A stretch of 64,000 nt of DNA from contig CAWBBV010000006.1 in NCBI GenBank assembly GCA_963787125.1, forward strand, positions 1 through 64,000, read 5' to 3'. Positions 38,128 to 48,981 of the stretch are shown in pieces. This DNA comes from an uncultured delta proteobacterium. Its GTDB lineage: Bacteria > Desulfobacterota > Desulfuromonadia > Geobacterales > DSM-12255. Numbering within the stretch: position 1 is the first letter of the stretch; every line of letters begins with the position of its first letter. The notes beneath the pieces were generated by a model. It was not told where the DNA came from. It ran no database searches and saw only the letters and a program-made list of their open reading frames with translations. The position numbers and the translations under genes are program-made.

Positions 38128-39882
38128 CTAGCGTCCTGCCTTGCTTTCAGGAGCTGCTGGCAGACTTACCTTGGAGCTAAAAATTTGAATCTGTTCGCGA
38201 CAGGCTGATGAAATTCTGTCACCGTACTCCTTAAAACACTCCAACAATCGCCCCTGTCCAGGCACTACCTTCGGGCAGAACTTCTCGATGTCGGTGGCGC
38301 AGATTCTCCGGGCTTCCTCCAGTCGGGCACTGTATTTATCTACTTTCTCCCGGCATATCGGGGCAATTTCCTGCTTGTGTCCGGAGAGACAGAGAATCAG
38401 CTCACCCTTGCCTGGCGGGATTTCCTTGCAGAATTTTTCAATCTCATCCATGCAAGGGTAACCTGCACTGACAATAAGCGACGCAACCTTTTCTGCCTTG
38501 TCAACCCAACCGCCTCCCATGGCCTTGTAGAGATTGGCATAGGAAATAAAGAGTGCAGCACGCAACTGAGCCAGATTGAGTTCGGCCGGGAAAAGCTGCT
38601 GCTGGGCATTAAGGACGGTGAGATAGGGAGCATAGCCGCCGTCGAACTGGAGTTTTGCAAGGTGCTCGTACTCCTTATTTGCCTTGACAAGCCGTTGCTG
38701 CGCCTGAAGTTGCCTGGTCAGCTTTTCGCGGACCACCAGAGAATTCTCCACATCAGCGAACGCATTTTGAATAGCTGCCTCATAGCTGAGGAGTGCGGCC
38801 TTCCTTGCTGCTTCGGTCTGCGCAACCTGGCCGGAGATCGCTCCGGCGGTGAAGATCGGCCCGGTGATCGAACCGCCGTAACTCCAGGTCCGGCTCGGGC
38901 CCTTGAAAAGATCGGAGAGATTGGCGCTGGCAAAACCATAATTGCCGGTCAGGGAAATTGTCGGGAAATAGAGCGCTTTGGCCGCTCCGATCTGGGCGTT
39001 GGCGGCGATCAGGCTCTGCTCTGCCTGAGCAAGGTCCGGTCGGCGTTCGAGCAGCTGGGACGGCAAACCGGCCGGAACAGCAGGATACATGAGATCGAGG
39101 ATCGTCTTGCCCCGGGCAATAGGTCCCGGATTGCGGCCAAGCAGTATCGACAGGGCGTTCTCAAGTTGCACGATCTGGGATTCGAGCTGCGGAATGGCAG
39201 CTGCTGCGGTTTCGTACTGAGAACGGGCCTGCTCGACATTCATCTGGGAAATCTGGCCGTACTGGAACTGCAATTCGAATAGTTTCACCGACTCGGCGTA
39301 GGCCGCCAGATTGCTTTTGGCTACGGCCAACTGTTCGTCAAGGCCGCGCAGTTGCAGGTAATCAACCGCAACCGAGGCGACCAGGGAGAGGATCACCCCA
39401 CGGCGTGCTTCTTCGGTGGCAAGCAGGTTTGCCCGGGCAGTTTCGTCGAGCCTTCTGACACGACCCCACAGGTCGAGTTCCCAGCTTGCGCCGGCAAAAA
39501 GTTGCAGCGAATTATTCGGGTTACTGACACCGGTTGGAAACGGCGAGGCATTGTTCTCGCTGCCCCGCTGCCGGTCAGCCCCGCCGCCATATCCCAGCTG
39601 GGGGAAAAGCGGGGAGCGAACCTGAGTGAGCACGGCCGCAGCCTGCTCGACGTTGGCTGCGGCGACTTTGACGTTCTTATTGTTCGTAAGGGACTCGGTA
39701 ATCAGACTGTCAAGGACCGGATCCTGAAACTGCTTCCACCATTCGGCGTCCACTGCGGCCTTGGCCTCCTTATCCTCGTAGGTGAAGGATTTAGGCGTTT
39801 CCACCTCCGGCCGGCGGTAGTCAGGGCCGACCATGCAACCAGCCAGAGAGCCTGCAAGAGCAATAACAAGTATTCTGCGCAT
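38128..39882 (-). CDS. RND outer-membrane factor (NodT/OprM type) with two C-terminal Cys-rich repeats
   Basis: Lipobox LAGC-MVGPDY, WELDLWG, LLERRPD, LYKAMGGGW, then 2x C..(E/D)IEKFC...PG.G....C.........C. Confidence 0.9.
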   Translation of the reverse strand: MRRILVIALAGSLAGCMVGPDYRRPEVETPKSFTYEDKEAKAAVDAEWWKQFQDPVLDSLITESLTNNKNVKVAAANVEQAAAVLTQVRSPLFPQLGYGGGADRQRGSENNASPFPTGVSNPNNSLQLFAGASWELDLWGRVRRLDETARANLLATEEARRGVILSLVASVAVDYLQLRGLDEQLAVAKSNLAAYAESVKLFELQFQYGQISQMNVEQARSQYETAAAAIPQLESQIVQLENALSILLGRNPGPIARGKTILDLMYPAVPAGLPSQLLERRPDLAQAEQSLIAANAQIGAAKALYFPTISLTGNYGFASANLSDLFKGPSRTWSYGGSITGPIFTAGAISGQVAQTEAARKAALLSYEAAIQNAFADVENSLVVREKLTRQLQAQQRLVKANKEYEHLAKLQFDGGYAPYLTVLNAQQQLFPAELNLAQLRAALFISYANLYKAMGGGWVDKAEKVASLIVSAGYPCMDEIEKFCKEIPPGKGELILCLSGHKQEIAPICREKVDKYSARLEEARRICATDIEKFCPKVVPGQGRLLECFKEYGDRISSACREQIQIFSSKVSLPAAPESKAGR

Positions 39883-39883
39883 G

Positions 39884-42800
39884 TCAGTGTCCCCCTTCCT
39901 GAGCGGAATCATGCTTCTCCGGCAGGCTCCCGTCATGGGGGCTATCAGGTGGATGCCCTCCAGCGGCGGCTTTCTTCAATTTCTTCGCCTTGTTGCGCTC
40001 GGTGAGGTTGTCAAAAAGGTAGAAGAATAGCGGCACGTAAAGCATTGCCAGGGTGGCTTCACCGATCATCCCCCCCATGATACCGGTACCGATGGAATGG
40101 CGGGCATTGGCGCCGGCGCCGGTGGCTATTGCCAGCGGTAGCACGCCGAAGATGAAGGCCAGCGAAGTCATGATGATCGGTCGGAAGCGCTCTTCGCCGG
40201 ACCGGATCGTGGCGTCCATAATTGACAGGCCCTGTTCGCGCAATTCGACGGCAAAGGTCACCCTGAGGACCGCATTCTTGGCCCCCAAACCGATCAGTAC
40301 CAGCAGGCCGATCTGGAAATAGACATCATTGTTGAGACCGCGCATCCAGTTGAAGCCGAGGGCGCCGAGGATACCGAACGGAACCGCCGTCATGACAGAG
40401 CCGGGCAGGGTCCAGGACTCGAACTGGGCGGCCAGCAGGAGGAAGACGATGATCAGTCCGAAGGCAAAGGCAGCGGCAGATGAACTGCCCGATTTCTTCT
40501 CCTCGAAGGCCATGCCCGACCAGGCAAAGCTGTAGCCTGCCGGGAGTGCTTCACGGGCCACTTCTTCCATCACATTGAGTGCCTCGCCCGAGCTGAAGCC
40601 TTCACTGGCATTCCCGGTCACCTGTGCAGCCGGGAAGCCGTTAAAGTGCGGCACCAGATCGGGATTCGTCACGAATTTGGTTGTCACCAGCGCAGACAAC
40701 GGCACCATCTGGCCATTGTTCGACCGGGTATAGAGCCGCGTTATGTCAGACGGAGTCTTGCGGTAGGGGGCGTCGGACTGGAGGATGACATTCCAGATCC
40801 GGCTATACTGGTTGAACTGGCTGACCTGAATCGAACCGAACTGGGCCTGCAGCGCGCTGTAGACGTCAGAAACCGGCACACCGAGCAGCACCGCCTTGTC
40901 CCGGTCGACCTCGGCCTTCAGCTGCTGTGAAGCAGCACGGAAGGTGGAGTTAAGACCGACCAGTTCTTTGCGCTGGCGGGCCTTGGCAAGGAACTGCTGG
41001 GTGACCTCATACAGTCGGGCCGGATCACCGCTCGACTTGTCCTGGACCCAGAACTCGAAGCCGCCGGTGGTGCCGATCCCCGGGATAGCCGGCGGCGGAA
41101 TCGGGATGGTCACACCCTCCTTGATTTCACGCGCAGCGCCGCCTATCTGTTTCAGTACAGCGTCGGAACTTTCCTTTTTCGCACGTTCCTTGCTTGAATA
41201 ACGCTCCTTGAAATCCTTGAGAGTCACGAAGAAAGTTGCCACATTCGGCTTGTACTGGCTGTCGATCAGGCTGTAGCCGCCGATCATCGTCCGGTTTTCC
41301 ACGGCCGGATTCTTGGCGAACAGCGCGTCCACCTTCATGGACATATCCGAAGTGCGGTTCAGACTGGCGGCATCAGGCAGCATGATCTGCGTAAACACAT
41401 AGCCCTGGTCCTCATTGGGGACGAAACTGGTCGGGATCGTTTTGAACAGGTGCACCAGACCAAACATCATAACGGCCAGCAGCACGAAGGCCACTGACAT
41501 CCGCTTGATCATCAGCACCACAGCATCGCCAAACATGAGAGTGAACTTGTCGAACATCCGGTTGAACCAGGCGAAGAAGCCTTTCTGGGGCGGCGGGTTA
41601 TGCTTCAGCATAACGCCGCACATGGCCGGGGTCAGGGTCAGCGCCACGAACCCTGAAAGGGCTACGGACACGACGATGGTGATGGCGAACTGCTTGTAAA
41701 GCTGGCCGGTCGTGCCGGGGAGGAAGGCGGCCGGGATGAAGACACACGCCATAACCAAAACCACCGCGATCAGCGAAGTGCCAATCTGCTCCATCGCCAG
41801 GATGGTGGCTTCTTTTGGCTGCATATGCTTCTTGATCATGTTGCTTTCCACGTTCTCCACGACGACGATCGCATCGTCGACCACCATGCCGATCGCCAGG
41901 ACGATGCCGAACAGGGTCAGCAGGTTGATGGAAAAGCCCATGGCCAGCATGCCGGCAAAGGTGCCAATAAGCGAGACAAAGACAGCCACCGTGCAGATGA
42001 TGGTGGCGCGGAAACTCTGCAGGAACAGGTAGACGACCAGAATGACCAGTATGATCGCCTCGTAGAGGGTTTTAAGAACCTCTTTGATAGAGAGGCGCAC
42101 GAACTCCGTCGTGTCCAGGGCGATGGTGTACTCAATGCCGTCGGGCAGGGTTTTCTTCAGTTCCTCCATGGTCTTGCGGACGCCCTTGGACACCTCGAGA
42201 CCATTGGCGCCGGCCTGTTGGTAGACGATGATCGGGGCGGCCGGCGCACCGTTCAGGCGGTTGTCGTCGATGTACTGCCGGCGGCCGGTCTCGGCGCGAG
42301 CGACGTCCTTGACCCGGACGACGGCACTGCCGTCCTGACTGGCACGGAGGATAATGTTCTCATATTCGGAGGGTTTGACGAACGGCGACTGGGTCACAAC
42401 CGGAAAGGTCAGCTGCACCGACTTGTCACTCGGCTGTGAACCGACCTGGCCGGCACCGAACAGGGCGTTCTGCTTGGAGACTGCAGTCTGGACATCGGTG
42501 GTGGTGATGCCAAGGGAGGCCATCCGGTCAGGGTCCAGCCAGATACGCATGGCCTGGTCCGGCACGCCGAAGATCTGGGCCTGGCCGGCTCCGGGCACCC
42601 GCTTGATAGCATCAAGAACGTAGACGTTGGCGTAATTGGTCACGTATTCTGGCGTGTAGCGGCCGTCCTTGTTGAACAGCGAGATAATCATCAGGGGGCT
42701 CGACGACTTCTTCTGCACCGATACGCCGTACTGCTTGACCGCGTCGGGGAGCTGCGGCATGGCCAGGTTCACCCGGTTCTGGACGTCCACCTGGGCGATG

Positions 42801-43105
42801 TCCGGATCGGTGTCGAGGGAAAAGAAGACCGTGATGGTCATCTGACCGGTGTTGGAACTGGTCGAAGTCATGTAGAGCAGCTTGTCGGCGCCGTTGATCT
42901 GCGCCTCTATCGGAGCAGCCACTGAATCGCCCACCGTTTTTGAGTCGGCACCCGGATAGGTTGTCGTGACCTGGATCGTCACCGGTGTGATCGTCGGGTA
43001 CTGGGCGACCGGCAAGGATTTCATGGCCACCAGACCGGCAATGACGATGATGAGGGAGAGGACCGTCGCGAAGATCGGCCGCTCGATGAAAAACTTGGAA
43101 AACAT
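39884..43105 (-). CDS. RND efflux permease (HAE1, AcrB/MexB type)
   Basis: FFIERPIFA, LAIGMVVDDAIVVVENV, RFRPIIMTS. Confidence 0.96.
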   Translation of the reverse strand: MFSKFFIERPIFATVLSLIIVIAGLVAMKSLPVAQYPTITPVTIQVTTTYPGADSKTVGDSVAAPIEAQINGADKLLYMTSTSSNTGQMTITVFFSLDTDPDIAQVDVQNRVNLAMPQLPDAVKQYGVSVQKKSSSPLMIISLFNKDGRYTPEYVTNYANVYVLDAIKRVPGAGQAQIFGVPDQAMRIWLDPDRMASLGITTTDVQTAVSKQNALFGAGQVGSQPSDKSVQLTFPVVTQSPFVKPSEYENIILRASQDGSAVVRVKDVARAETGRRQYIDDNRLNGAPAAPIIVYQQAGANGLEVSKGVRKTMEELKKTLPDGIEYTIALDTTEFVRLSIKEVLKTLYEAIILVILVVYLFLQSFRATIICTVAVFVSLIGTFAGMLAMGFSINLLTLFGIVLAIGMVVDDAIVVVENVESNMIKKHMQPKEATILAMEQIGTSLIAVVLVMACVFIPAAFLPGTTGQLYKQFAITIVVSVALSGFVALTLTPAMCGVMLKHNPPPQKGFFAWFNRMFDKFTLMFGDAVVLMIKRMSVAFVLLAVMMFGLVHLFKTIPTSFVPNEDQGYVFTQIMLPDAASLNRTSDMSMKVDALFAKNPAVENRTMIGGYSLIDSQYKPNVATFFVTLKDFKERYSSKERAKKESSDAVLKQIGGAAREIKEGVTIPIPPPAIPGIGTTGGFEFWVQDKSSGDPARLYEVTQQFLAKARQRKELVGLNSTFRAASQQLKAEVDRDKAVLLGVPVSDVYSALQAQFGSIQVSQFNQYSRIWNVILQSDAPYRKTPSDITRLYTRSNNGQMVPLSALVTTKFVTNPDLVPHFNGFPAAQVTGNASEGFSSGEALNVMEEVAREALPAGYSFAWSGMAFEEKKSGSSSAAAFAFGLIIVFLLLAAQFESWTLPGSVMTAVPFGILGALGFNWMRGLNNDVYFQIGLLVLIGLGAKNAVLRVTFAVELREQGLSIMDATIRSGEERFRPIIMTSLAFIFGVLPLAIATGAGANARHSIGTGIMGGMIGEATLAMLYVPLFFYLFDNLTERNKAKKLKKAAAGGHPPDSPHDGSLPEKHDSAQEGGH

Positions 43106-43120
43106 GGTAACCCTCCTCGG

Positions 43121-44362
43121 TCAGTTGCCCTTTTTGGCGGGAGCCTTCTTGGTGTCAGCGGCCGAAGCCGGAATCGGCTGCCCGGGTTGCGGCGGGGCGG
43201 CAGGGACCTTGATCGTTACCGTCACATCGGGGCGCAGCGTCAGACCGCCATTTACCACCACCCGTTCACCGGCCTTGAGCCCTTCGGTTATAAACCAGTC
43301 GCTGCCGATCAAGTCGCCTACCAACACCGGCCGGGCTTCCGCCTTGCTCTCCTTGCTTATGACCCAGACAAAATGTCCCTTTGCCCCCTGCTGCACCACC
43401 CGCTGCGGGACAACGATCGCGTTGGGCCGGATGGCACCCTTGACACGGGCGCGGACATACTGGTTGGGACGAAGAGCGGCTTTGGGATTGTTGACGCTGG
43501 CCCGGATCAGGAACGTGCCGGTCTGGGCGTTGAACGATGGATCGGCAAAGGTTATCCGTCCGGTCTGGGGGAAGATGGAACCGTCGACCTGGACAACTTC
43601 GACCACGTAATTCTGCCCGGCCGGAGGACGAATCTGTCCTTTTTCAACCTGGTCGCGGTAGGTCTTGATCTCGTTTTCAGAAAGGCTGAAGTTGACCCAC
43701 ATCGGCGACAGGACCGCTACAGTCGTCAGCAGGCTGTTCGTCTGATTGAGGTAGGCGCCGTCCTGCTGTAGAGCCGAGGAAGTAATGCCATTGACCGGTG
43801 AGGCTATCGTGCAGTAGGAAAGATTGAGCTGAGCCGTCTGCAGCTGGGCCTTGGCTATCTCCACTGCCGCTGCTGCCGACTCGTAGGCGCCGGTGGCATC
43901 ATCCAGGTCCTTCTGCGAAAGGGCGTTTTTGGCAGTCAGGGGTTTGGTCCGCTCAAGGTTGAGACGGGCCGTCTCCATGGCCGCCTTCTGCCGCGACAGG
44001 GCCGCTGCTGCTGCATCCACCTGGACCTGGAACGGTTTCTTGTCCATCAGGAAAAGGATGTCACCCGCCTTTACCATGGTCCCTTCAGTGTAGACCCGCT
44101 TTTCGAGGAATCCGTTCACCCGTGCCTGGATGTTCACCTGCTGTGAGCTCTGGGTCTGGGCGACATATTCCATGGTAATCGGCGTGTCTTTGGCAACGAC
44201 CTGGGTCACCTCGACCGTCGGCGGCGGTGGTGGTGGCGCCTGCACCTTTTCCTTGCAACCGCTTGCCAGTAGTGCGACAAAACAGGTAACGGCAACCGCG
44301 GCAACACCCGCTGCACCCCTGACTGACCCTGAGCTGACCCGGCTAAAAAAACAATTATTCAT
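43121..44362 (-). CDS. RND membrane fusion protein
   Basis: Lipobox ASGC; ARVNGFL..EG..VKAG; IASPVNG; LRPNQYV. Confidence 0.93.
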   Translation of the reverse strand: MNNCFFSRVSSGSVRGAAGVAAVAVTCFVALLASGCKEKVQAPPPPPPTVEVTQVVAKDTPITMEYVAQTQSSQQVNIQARVNGFLEKRVYTEGTMVKAGDILFLMDKKPFQVQVDAAAAALSRQKAAMETARLNLERTKPLTAKNALSQKDLDDATGAYESAAAAVEIAKAQLQTAQLNLSYCTIASPVNGITSSALQQDGAYLNQTNSLLTTVAVLSPMWVNFSLSENEIKTYRDQVEKGQIRPPAGQNYVVEVVQVDGSIFPQTGRITFADPSFNAQTGTFLIRASVNNPKAALRPNQYVRARVKGAIRPNAIVVPQRVVQQGAKGHFVWVISKESKAEARPVLVGDLIGSDWFITEGLKAGERVVVNGGLTLRPDVTVTIKVPAAPPQPGQPIPASAADTKKAPAKKGN

Positions 44363-44482
44363 CTTACCCCCCTCTTTGTGCAGTGATCTTTTATCATATT
44401 TTAATCGGCTAGTGTCAATATGGTTTTCCGGAGCAGCTGCGTTTTTTCAAATCGCAACTTGTAACTAGCAACTGATTGCTTT

Positions 44483-45460
44483 CTAACAGAGTTCCCGCAA
44501 CTCCTTACCAGGAATAGAAACCAGCACCACCACCAACTGGCGTCCTTCCGCATTGCGCAGTTCAGTGAACGTCAAGGCAGGAGCGTCAATGGATGCCTCA
44601 TTATGCTTTATTGCCATCTTGTCAACGAAGATTGTTGCGCCCTTCCCCAGCAGATACTCGGCCGGTTTTCCCAGCACATCAGTGACGATCTGCAGATAGG
44701 CTTCACTTTCGCGGTCGTCGCCGCCAAATTCCTGCAGTTGTGCTTCAATCTGCCCGAGACGCTTTTCTACTTCAGCAACATCGAGTTTTTCAGTTGACCC
44801 GGTACTGAGGTCAAATCCCCACCCCTCACGTTCAAGCAGGTTCATCTTTGCCTGAAGCAACGTGCGTCGTCGTTCCAGGTCTTTCCGCTCAGACTTCACA
44901 AAGGCAAGTCGCTTGAGCGCCAGACTGAGCAGATGGTCGTAAGCCCGGCGCATCAGCAGTCGGCGTGCTTGAGTCTCGTCTGCTGCCGGGTCGACGAGAC
45001 GGTGACCGTCGAAACTGACCGTCATTTTGGGGACATCGCGGATAATGATATCGCCCGCCAATTCGGCGCCGAAAATCACTTTTTCCTCTTTCTCCATTGC
45101 CAGCAGGGCAACAATCTGCGGCGAGTCGCCAGCCGGTCCCGCCAAAAACTCGGCAAGGTTCTGATCTTTACTGAAAACATTTTTCAAGTGTTTCCCGGAA
45201 ACAAAAAAACCTTTGAGCCGGTCATCATCTTCAAAGCTGCCCAAAGCCACCGACAGGGGTGCGGGAAAACCGTTCACCAGGGCTACGACGTGATCAATGG
45301 CTTGAATCACCGCCGGTCGCAGTTTTTTCTTATAGCCCGATACCGAGCGCAGCCACGGATCGGTACCGTCCACTGCCCGTTCAATGGCTTCATTGACAAG
45401 TGACTCCGGGTAACTCCCCTGCTTTGCTGTGCCGAAAATGGATTGCAGCAGTTTCAACAT
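44483..45460 (-). CDS. Conserved hypothetical protein
   Basis: Long ORF in operon orientation with a GAGG SD and a coiled-coil segment; no family assigned. Confidence 0.7.
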   Translation of the reverse strand: MLKLLQSIFGTAKQGSYPESLVNEAIERAVDGTDPWLRSVSGYKKKLRPAVIQAIDHVVALVNGFPAPLSVALGSFEDDDRLKGFFVSGKHLKNVFSKDQNLAEFLAGPAGDSPQIVALLAMEKEEKVIFGAELAGDIIIRDVPKMTVSFDGHRLVDPAADETQARRLLMRRAYDHLLSLALKRLAFVKSERKDLERRRTLLQAKMNLLEREGWGFDLSTGSTEKLDVAEVEKRLGQIEAQLQEFGGDDRESEAYLQIVTDVLGKPAEYLLGKGATIFVDKMAIKHNEASIDAPALTFTELRNAEGRQLVVVLVSIPGKELRELC

Positions 45461-45496
45461 GTTCAGCCTCCTATACCAGAGATACAAAAAACCAAG

Positions 45497-47887
45497 TCAG
45501 TCTTTGACGGCTGTTAACCCTTTGAGCGTGCGCTTCTTTAACCGGGAAGCCTGCCGGTGAAGCTTTGCTGACAATTCGATAAGGCTTTGCTGGCAGCTCT
45601 TTGCTTCATCACCTTTGGCAGGTATTCGCTGAATATAACTGCCGTCGGGCTGCATATCCCAGGCGCTGCGCCGGTCAGTCAGCTGTATGTCGAGAAACTG
45701 CCGCAGCTCCCGCTGCAGTTTGAGGCGCTCCACCGGTACCACCACCTCAACCCGGCTCTCCAGGTTGCGCTGCATGGCATCGGCCGAACCGATCAGATAC
45801 TCCTCTTTGCCACCGTTGCGGAAATAATAAAGACGGGCGTGCTCAAGAAAGCGACCGACAATACTGATAACATGGATATTTTCGGAGAGCCCGGCCAGAC
45901 CAGGACGGAGCAGGCAGCTGTCGCGAATAATGAGATCGACGCGCACCCCGGCCAGCGAGGCACGGTAGAGGGCGCGAGCGATGTCCGGATCATCCATCGC
46001 ATTCATCTTGAACTGGATCAGTCCCGGATCCTTTTCCCGGTGGGCTGCTATCTCCCGTTCAATTCTGGCTATGAGCGCTTTTTTGAGAAGCTTGGGCGCC
46101 GGCAGGATTTTGCTGTAGTGACGCTTGGGGGTATAGCCGGTAGTCAGGTAGTTGAACAGTTCAGTGACATCCTGACCAACCTTTTCGTCGCAGGTAAACA
46201 GTCCCAGGTCGCTATAGAGCCGGGCAGTGCCGTGGTGATAGTTGCCGGTGCCGAAATGGAGGTAACGGCGCAGACCATTATAATCGCTGCGAATCACCAT
46301 AATGACCTTGCAGTGGGTTTTCAGTCCCATCACCCCGTAAGTAACATGAATGCCGGCCTGCTCCATCCGCTCCGCCAGGCGGATGTTGGCAGCTTCGTCA
46401 AAGCGGGCCTTCAACTCCACCACCACCGCAACCTGCTTGCCGTTTTCAGCGGCGTTAATGAGGAAATCGACAATACGGCTGTCAGTCGCCGTGCGATAAA
46501 GGGTCATTTTGATGGCCCGAACCTTGGGGTCATCCGCCGCTTCTTGAATAAAACGCTCAACAGAGGTGCTGAATGATTGATAGGGATGCTGCAGCAGGAT
46601 TGATCCGGCATCGCGGATAATGTGAAAAATGCTGCGCGGACTGAGCAGTTGCGGATGGTCAATCGGCTGGTGCGGCGCTTCCTTGAGATGGGGATAATCA
46701 AGGGAGGCAAGCTCCATCAGGTCGCGCATAGCCAGCATACCGGTCGTTTCAAAAACATCGGCGACTTCATCCAGGTTCAGCTCAGCAGCAAGGTGGCCGC
46801 GATGCAACGGCGTCATGCGCTGCAGCACCTCCATACGGACGATAGGCGCGAATTTCCGTTCCCGCAGTTCCGATTCGATCAAGGCCATCAAGTCGTCGGC
46901 CTGCTCCTCGTTCCTCTCCGTGTTGGCGTTACGGGTGACTCGAAACAGCTCATGGGAAACAATTACCATCCCCGGGAACAGCATATCAAGATTTTGACAG
47001 ATAACCTCTTCGAGCAGGACAAAGGTGTCGCTGCCTGCAACACGGATAAAGCGGGGAATGCCCGCCCCGACCGGCACTTTGATCCGGGCCAGCGAAGTCT
47101 CTTTATCCTTGCGGTAGTGCAGTTTAACAAGAATATTGAGGGAGAGGTTGGATATAAAGGGGAATGGGTGGGCAGGATCCATTACCTGAGGAGTTATCAG
47201 CGGAAAAATATTCTGATAATAGTAGGTCCCAACCTTCTTCCTCTCCTTTGGGGTGAGATCCTTGTAGGAGTTTACGGTTATTCCAGATATTTTCAGGAGT
47301 TTTAACAACTGCTGTAGCAGCTTTTCCTTGCGCCGCTCAAGATCGTGAACCACCGCATAGCAATCGACAATCTGCTGCCGGGGAGTGCGACCATCCACGG
47401 TCTGCGTGTGGATGCCGGCTTCCACCTGTTGCTTGAGACCGCCGATCCGCTTCATGAAAAACTCGTCGAGGTTGGAACTGACGATGGCAACAAATTTACA
47501 CCGCTCCAGCAATGGTGTCCGCTCGTCCTCGGCTTCGTGCAGAACCCGGCGATTGAACTCCAGCCAGGTCAGTTCCCGGTTCAGGTAGAGAGCAGAATCG
47601 TTCAGATTGACGAATTGTTGCTGTTTCCTCTCCAGGCCCGCCTTTTGCCTGACTGGCTCCGGCTTGGTTGTCTGTAACTGAGCGGACAACTCAGGTTTTG
47701 CCATGGGGACGGCATACAGATTTCTGCCGCGTCTCGGCTTTAGCTCTTCCGGATTAGATGCAGGCACTATAATCGCGCTTGACAGTTCGGCAACCGGAGC
47801 AATCACGCTTGCTTCGCTCTGGTTTACAGGCTCATTGACCGTTTTGACTGAACTGGAATTGCATGCCAATTTACTATTTTTGCTCAT
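45497..47887 (-). CDS. ppk1: Polyphosphate kinase 1
   Basis: NRELTWLEFN, NLDEFFM, HPFP, LKARFDE, LKTHCK, GTGNY, RFLEHAR. Confidence 0.96.
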   Translation of the reverse strand: MSKNSKLACNSSSVKTVNEPVNQSEASVIAPVAELSSAIIVPASNPEELKPRRGRNLYAVPMAKPELSAQLQTTKPEPVRQKAGLERKQQQFVNLNDSALYLNRELTWLEFNRRVLHEAEDERTPLLERCKFVAIVSSNLDEFFMKRIGGLKQQVEAGIHTQTVDGRTPRQQIVDCYAVVHDLERRKEKLLQQLLKLLKISGITVNSYKDLTPKERKKVGTYYYQNIFPLITPQVMDPAHPFPFISNLSLNILVKLHYRKDKETSLARIKVPVGAGIPRFIRVAGSDTFVLLEEVICQNLDMLFPGMVIVSHELFRVTRNANTERNEEQADDLMALIESELRERKFAPIVRMEVLQRMTPLHRGHLAAELNLDEVADVFETTGMLAMRDLMELASLDYPHLKEAPHQPIDHPQLLSPRSIFHIIRDAGSILLQHPYQSFSTSVERFIQEAADDPKVRAIKMTLYRTATDSRIVDFLINAAENGKQVAVVVELKARFDEAANIRLAERMEQAGIHVTYGVMGLKTHCKVIMVIRSDYNGLRRYLHFGTGNYHHGTARLYSDLGLFTCDEKVGQDVTELFNYLTTGYTPKRHYSKILPAPKLLKKALIARIEREIAAHREKDPGLIQFKMNAMDDPDIARALYRASLAGVRVDLIIRDSCLLRPGLAGLSENIHVISIVGRFLEHARLYYFRNGGKEEYLIGSADAMQRNLESRVEVVVPVERLKLQRELRQFLDIQLTDRRSAWDMQPDGSYIQRIPAKGDEAKSCQQSLIELSAKLHRQASRLKKRTLKGLTAVKD

Positions 47888-47972
47888 TTATACCTTCCGT
47901 TTATTTAAATGCAAGCCGTGCCGCTGACTGGAATAATCGCCATCACGATCGCAATTGTTGAGACTGCCCGTA

Positions 47973-48671
47973 TTAACCTTTATCCCTGTTCATCACTTCA
48001 AGGGAAACCAGCCGTGCCAGAAGAGTGGCAGGATAAAGCTGGCCGCACAAAGCCTCCATAATGGCAAACATCCGTGACACATCGTGGGTTGGAGTAATAT
48101 CGCCATAACCGACCGTAGTCAGGGTAACAAAACTGAAGTAGGTCAGGATCTGCTGACGTTCCGCACTGAACAATACCCCCGCTGCGGGAAGGCTGAAGGC
48201 GTTGGGCAGTATCTGGTCAAGGAGGCCATAAAGAGTTGACCAGGTCAAACCGAACAGCAGATAGACGGCAATAGCCCCCTTGATTTTATCAACCGTCACC
48301 GGGCCACTTTCTTGGAACACTTTGCGGAGAAACACCATAGTCAGTATGATCATGAAAATGAACGTTGCGAACCCGCCCCAGAGGAAAATTACCGGCGTCG
48401 GCGCCAAATGCATCATCCAGCGCAGCACGACAGCGATGCCCGCAACAATACCGGCTAGAAACCTTATAGCCGGGTGTAACGACATACTGATGACCCCGAA
48501 AACCATGAAAAGTGTAAGAAACAGACTTGTCAGCAGGCGTGCCGGCACGGAGTCAACAAAAGGTGCGAGAAAAAAGGCAAGAAAGAGGAGATAGAGAAAT
48601 ACGGAAAGTCTCTTTTCTCCCCACAAAGAGTCATGCAACTTGCTGAATATTTTTGGCACATGATAGCTCAT
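47973..48671 (-). CDS. Potassium channel family protein
   Basis: Selectivity filter TTVGYGD; multiple TM helices. Confidence 0.88.
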   Translation of the reverse strand: MSYHVPKIFSKLHDSLWGEKRLSVFLYLLFLAFFLAPFVDSVPARLLTSLFLTLFMVFGVISMSLHPAIRFLAGIVAGIAVVLRWMMHLAPTPVIFLWGGFATFIFMIILTMVFLRKVFQESGPVTVDKIKGAIAVYLLFGLTWSTLYGLLDQILPNAFSLPAAGVLFSAERQQILTYFSFVTLTTVGYGDITPTHDVSRMFAIMEALCGQLYPATLLARLVSLEVMNRDKG

Positions 48672-48744
48672 AACAATGCGATTCCAATGAGACCTGAGGA
48701 GGTCAGCTCTATTCTGTTTCTCGGTTTAGTCACAGCTCTGCCTT

Positions 48745-48981
48745 TCAATGCTTGCCCAGGTGCTTGGTGACAAGTTTTTCCACAATCTGCTCAAGCGTCT
48801 TTTCCTTCCGTGCCGCTTCAGCTTTGAGCCGGGCAACGACCTCCGCTTTAAGCGCAAGAGTGACACTGGTCCGCTCCGGATCGCCACCAGCCGTTGGAGT
48901 CCCAAGGGCTGCAAAGCGGAGAATACTGTCTGCGTCGAAAACCGGTTTATGCAGGGATGGTTTGGTCTTGGCGCGCGTCAT
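48745..48981 (-). CDS. Small ParG-like ribbon-helix-helix protein
   Basis: RTSVTLALKAEVVARLKAEAARKEKTLEQIVEKLV pattern; ATGA overlap with the ParA stop. Confidence 0.6.
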   Translation of the reverse strand: MTRAKTKPSLHKPVFDADSILRFAALGTPTAGGDPERTSVTLALKAEVVARLKAEAARKEKTLEQIVEKLVTKHLGKH

